Assembly (NCBI GenBank): GCA_965660875.1
Contig: CBFIBQ010000004.1
Coordinates: forward strand, 53,749 to 77,748
DNA: 24,000 nt
From: Salibacteraceae bacterium
GTDB lineage: Bacteria; Bacteroidota; Bacteroidia; Flavobacteriales_G; Salibacteraceae
Direction of reading: 5' to 3'
In this document: piece by piece, positions 23,401 through 24,000 of the stretch
Position numbering within the stretch: position 1 is the stretch's first letter
Layout: each line of letters opens with the position of its first letter
Position numbers and translations under genes: made by a program
Notes under the pieces: model-generated
Database searches by the model: none
Told to the model about the DNA's origin: nothing
The model's input: the letters and a program-made list of their open reading frames with translations, nothing else

Positions 23401-23521
23401 CTAAATTTCGTTTTCATTTTCAGATAAAATGACAAACGCGTAAGCGGAATACATCACATTAATGTATTGACTGCAGTTGCACAGCCTTAAATCCTCGCAT
23501 GTCTTTGGGTTACTTCTTCTC
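23382..23521 (-). ncRNA. Candidate retron msr/msd non-coding RNA bounded by a1/a2 inverted repeats
   Basis: On the minus-strand RNA, GAGAAGAAGUAACC (23521-23508) can pair with GGUUCUUCUUCUC (23394-23382): 13 bp with one bulged U. The element spans the whole dnaB-RT spacer and the first RT codons. Internal hairpins: AAUACAU/AUGUAUU (about 23449-23469) and an 11-bp AU-rich stem with one bulge (23410-23437). Confidence 0.4.
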
Positions 23522-23537
23522 AACTTTATTCCTTTTT

Positions 23538-24000
23538 TCAAAATGGTTGTTCGGCATCTTTATCGAGTTTCTTTAACTCGATAACTCGCAATCTTGCTTC
23601 GTACATTTCTCGAAACGAATCAAATTCATTAAACCCTCTTTCAGGTGCATAGTCTCTGGTACTAAATCGAGCTTTTAGAGCTTCAAACTTGAGCTTTATG
23701 GTGTCTGTAACACCATATTTATTTTTTGCTACAATTAGTTCGGCTAATTCCTCCGTCGGATAACCGTCTTCATCCTCCGAAATGCCGTAATATACTGGCC
23801 GATATAAAAACCAAACCATATCAGCATCTTGCTCAATTGAACCACTTTCTCTTAAATCGGATAGTTGGGGTCGTTTTTCCCCTCCTCTGGTTTCAACAGC
23901 CCGACTAAGCTGGCTCGAAATTATAATGGGTACTTCTAATTTTCTACTGAGCACTTTTAATTCTTTCGTGATGTATGAAACTTCTCTTTCACGATGGTGA
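23538..24000 (-). CDS. dnaB: Replicative DNA helicase DnaB, C-terminal part (N-terminal part beyond the right window edge)
   Basis: The frame is open from base 24000: HHREREVSYITKELKVLSRKLEVPIIISSQLSRAVETRGGEKRPQLSDLRESGSIEQDADMVWFLYRPVYY...IVAKNKYG. This is the RecA-like DnaB C-terminal signature. The track start at 23954 is only an internal GTG. Confidence 0.9.
   Translation of the reverse strand, partial: HHREREVSYITKELKVLSRKLEVPIIISSQLSRAVETRGGEKRPQLSDLRESGSIEQDADMVWFLYRPVYYGISEDEDGYPTEELAELIVAKNKYGVTDTIKLKFEALKARFSTRDYAPERGFNEFDSFREMYEARLRVIELKKLDKDAEQPF

Noticed and set aside
23560-23584. 10-bp hairpin as the dnaB transcription terminator
   Set aside because: It lies upstream of the dnaB stop codon (23538-23540), inside the coding sequence, and lacks a downstream U-tract.
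1-24000. Calling the island a mobile element (ICE, prophage or transposon)
   Set aside because: No integrase, transposase, recombinase, terminal inverted repeats or att-like duplications were seen in the window. The only recombination trace is the local hsdM 5' duplication.

Overview
AT-rich window that reads as one dense bacterial defence island. The TAnnTTTG-type -7 boxes suggest Bacteroidota, but that is inference only. No rRNA, tRNA, CRISPR array, integrase or transposase was seen. Bases 1-16596 carry 17 minus-strand ORFs with almost no spacing. In transcription order they are: an acidic protein, a 5'(3')-deoxyribonucleotidase, a Schlafen/AlbA_2 protein, and a translationally coupled 5-gene module (UDG-fold, DUF3883-like nuclease, HsdM paralogue without its own HsdS, two PD-(D/E)xK proteins). 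After these come a 25-nt hsdM 5' remnant, a small PD-ExK-like ORF, hsdM, hsdS, darT, darG, a GIY-YIG protein, an AbiE-like wHTH/nucleotidyltransferase pair with its own operator, and hsdR (truncated by the window edge). A WYL regulator is transcribed divergently from this array (16931-17797), followed by a Cas4-like/DEDD-exonuclease DUF2779 protein, hipBA with a duplicated palindromic operator, and a small UVR-motif protein. The right end holds a retron: a candidate msr/msd with a1/a2 repeats, a retron-type RT and a 281-aa partner unlike the effector classes I can name. It ends with the 3' part of dnaB. The best novelty candidates are (i) the UDG-fold/DUF3883/S-less HsdM/PDDEXK/PD-DxK module, (ii) the retron with the unusual partner, and (iii) a CGCCA-N5-TGGCG box recurring in front of four transcription units around the WYL regulator. 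All family assignments come from motif reading by eye, with no database search.
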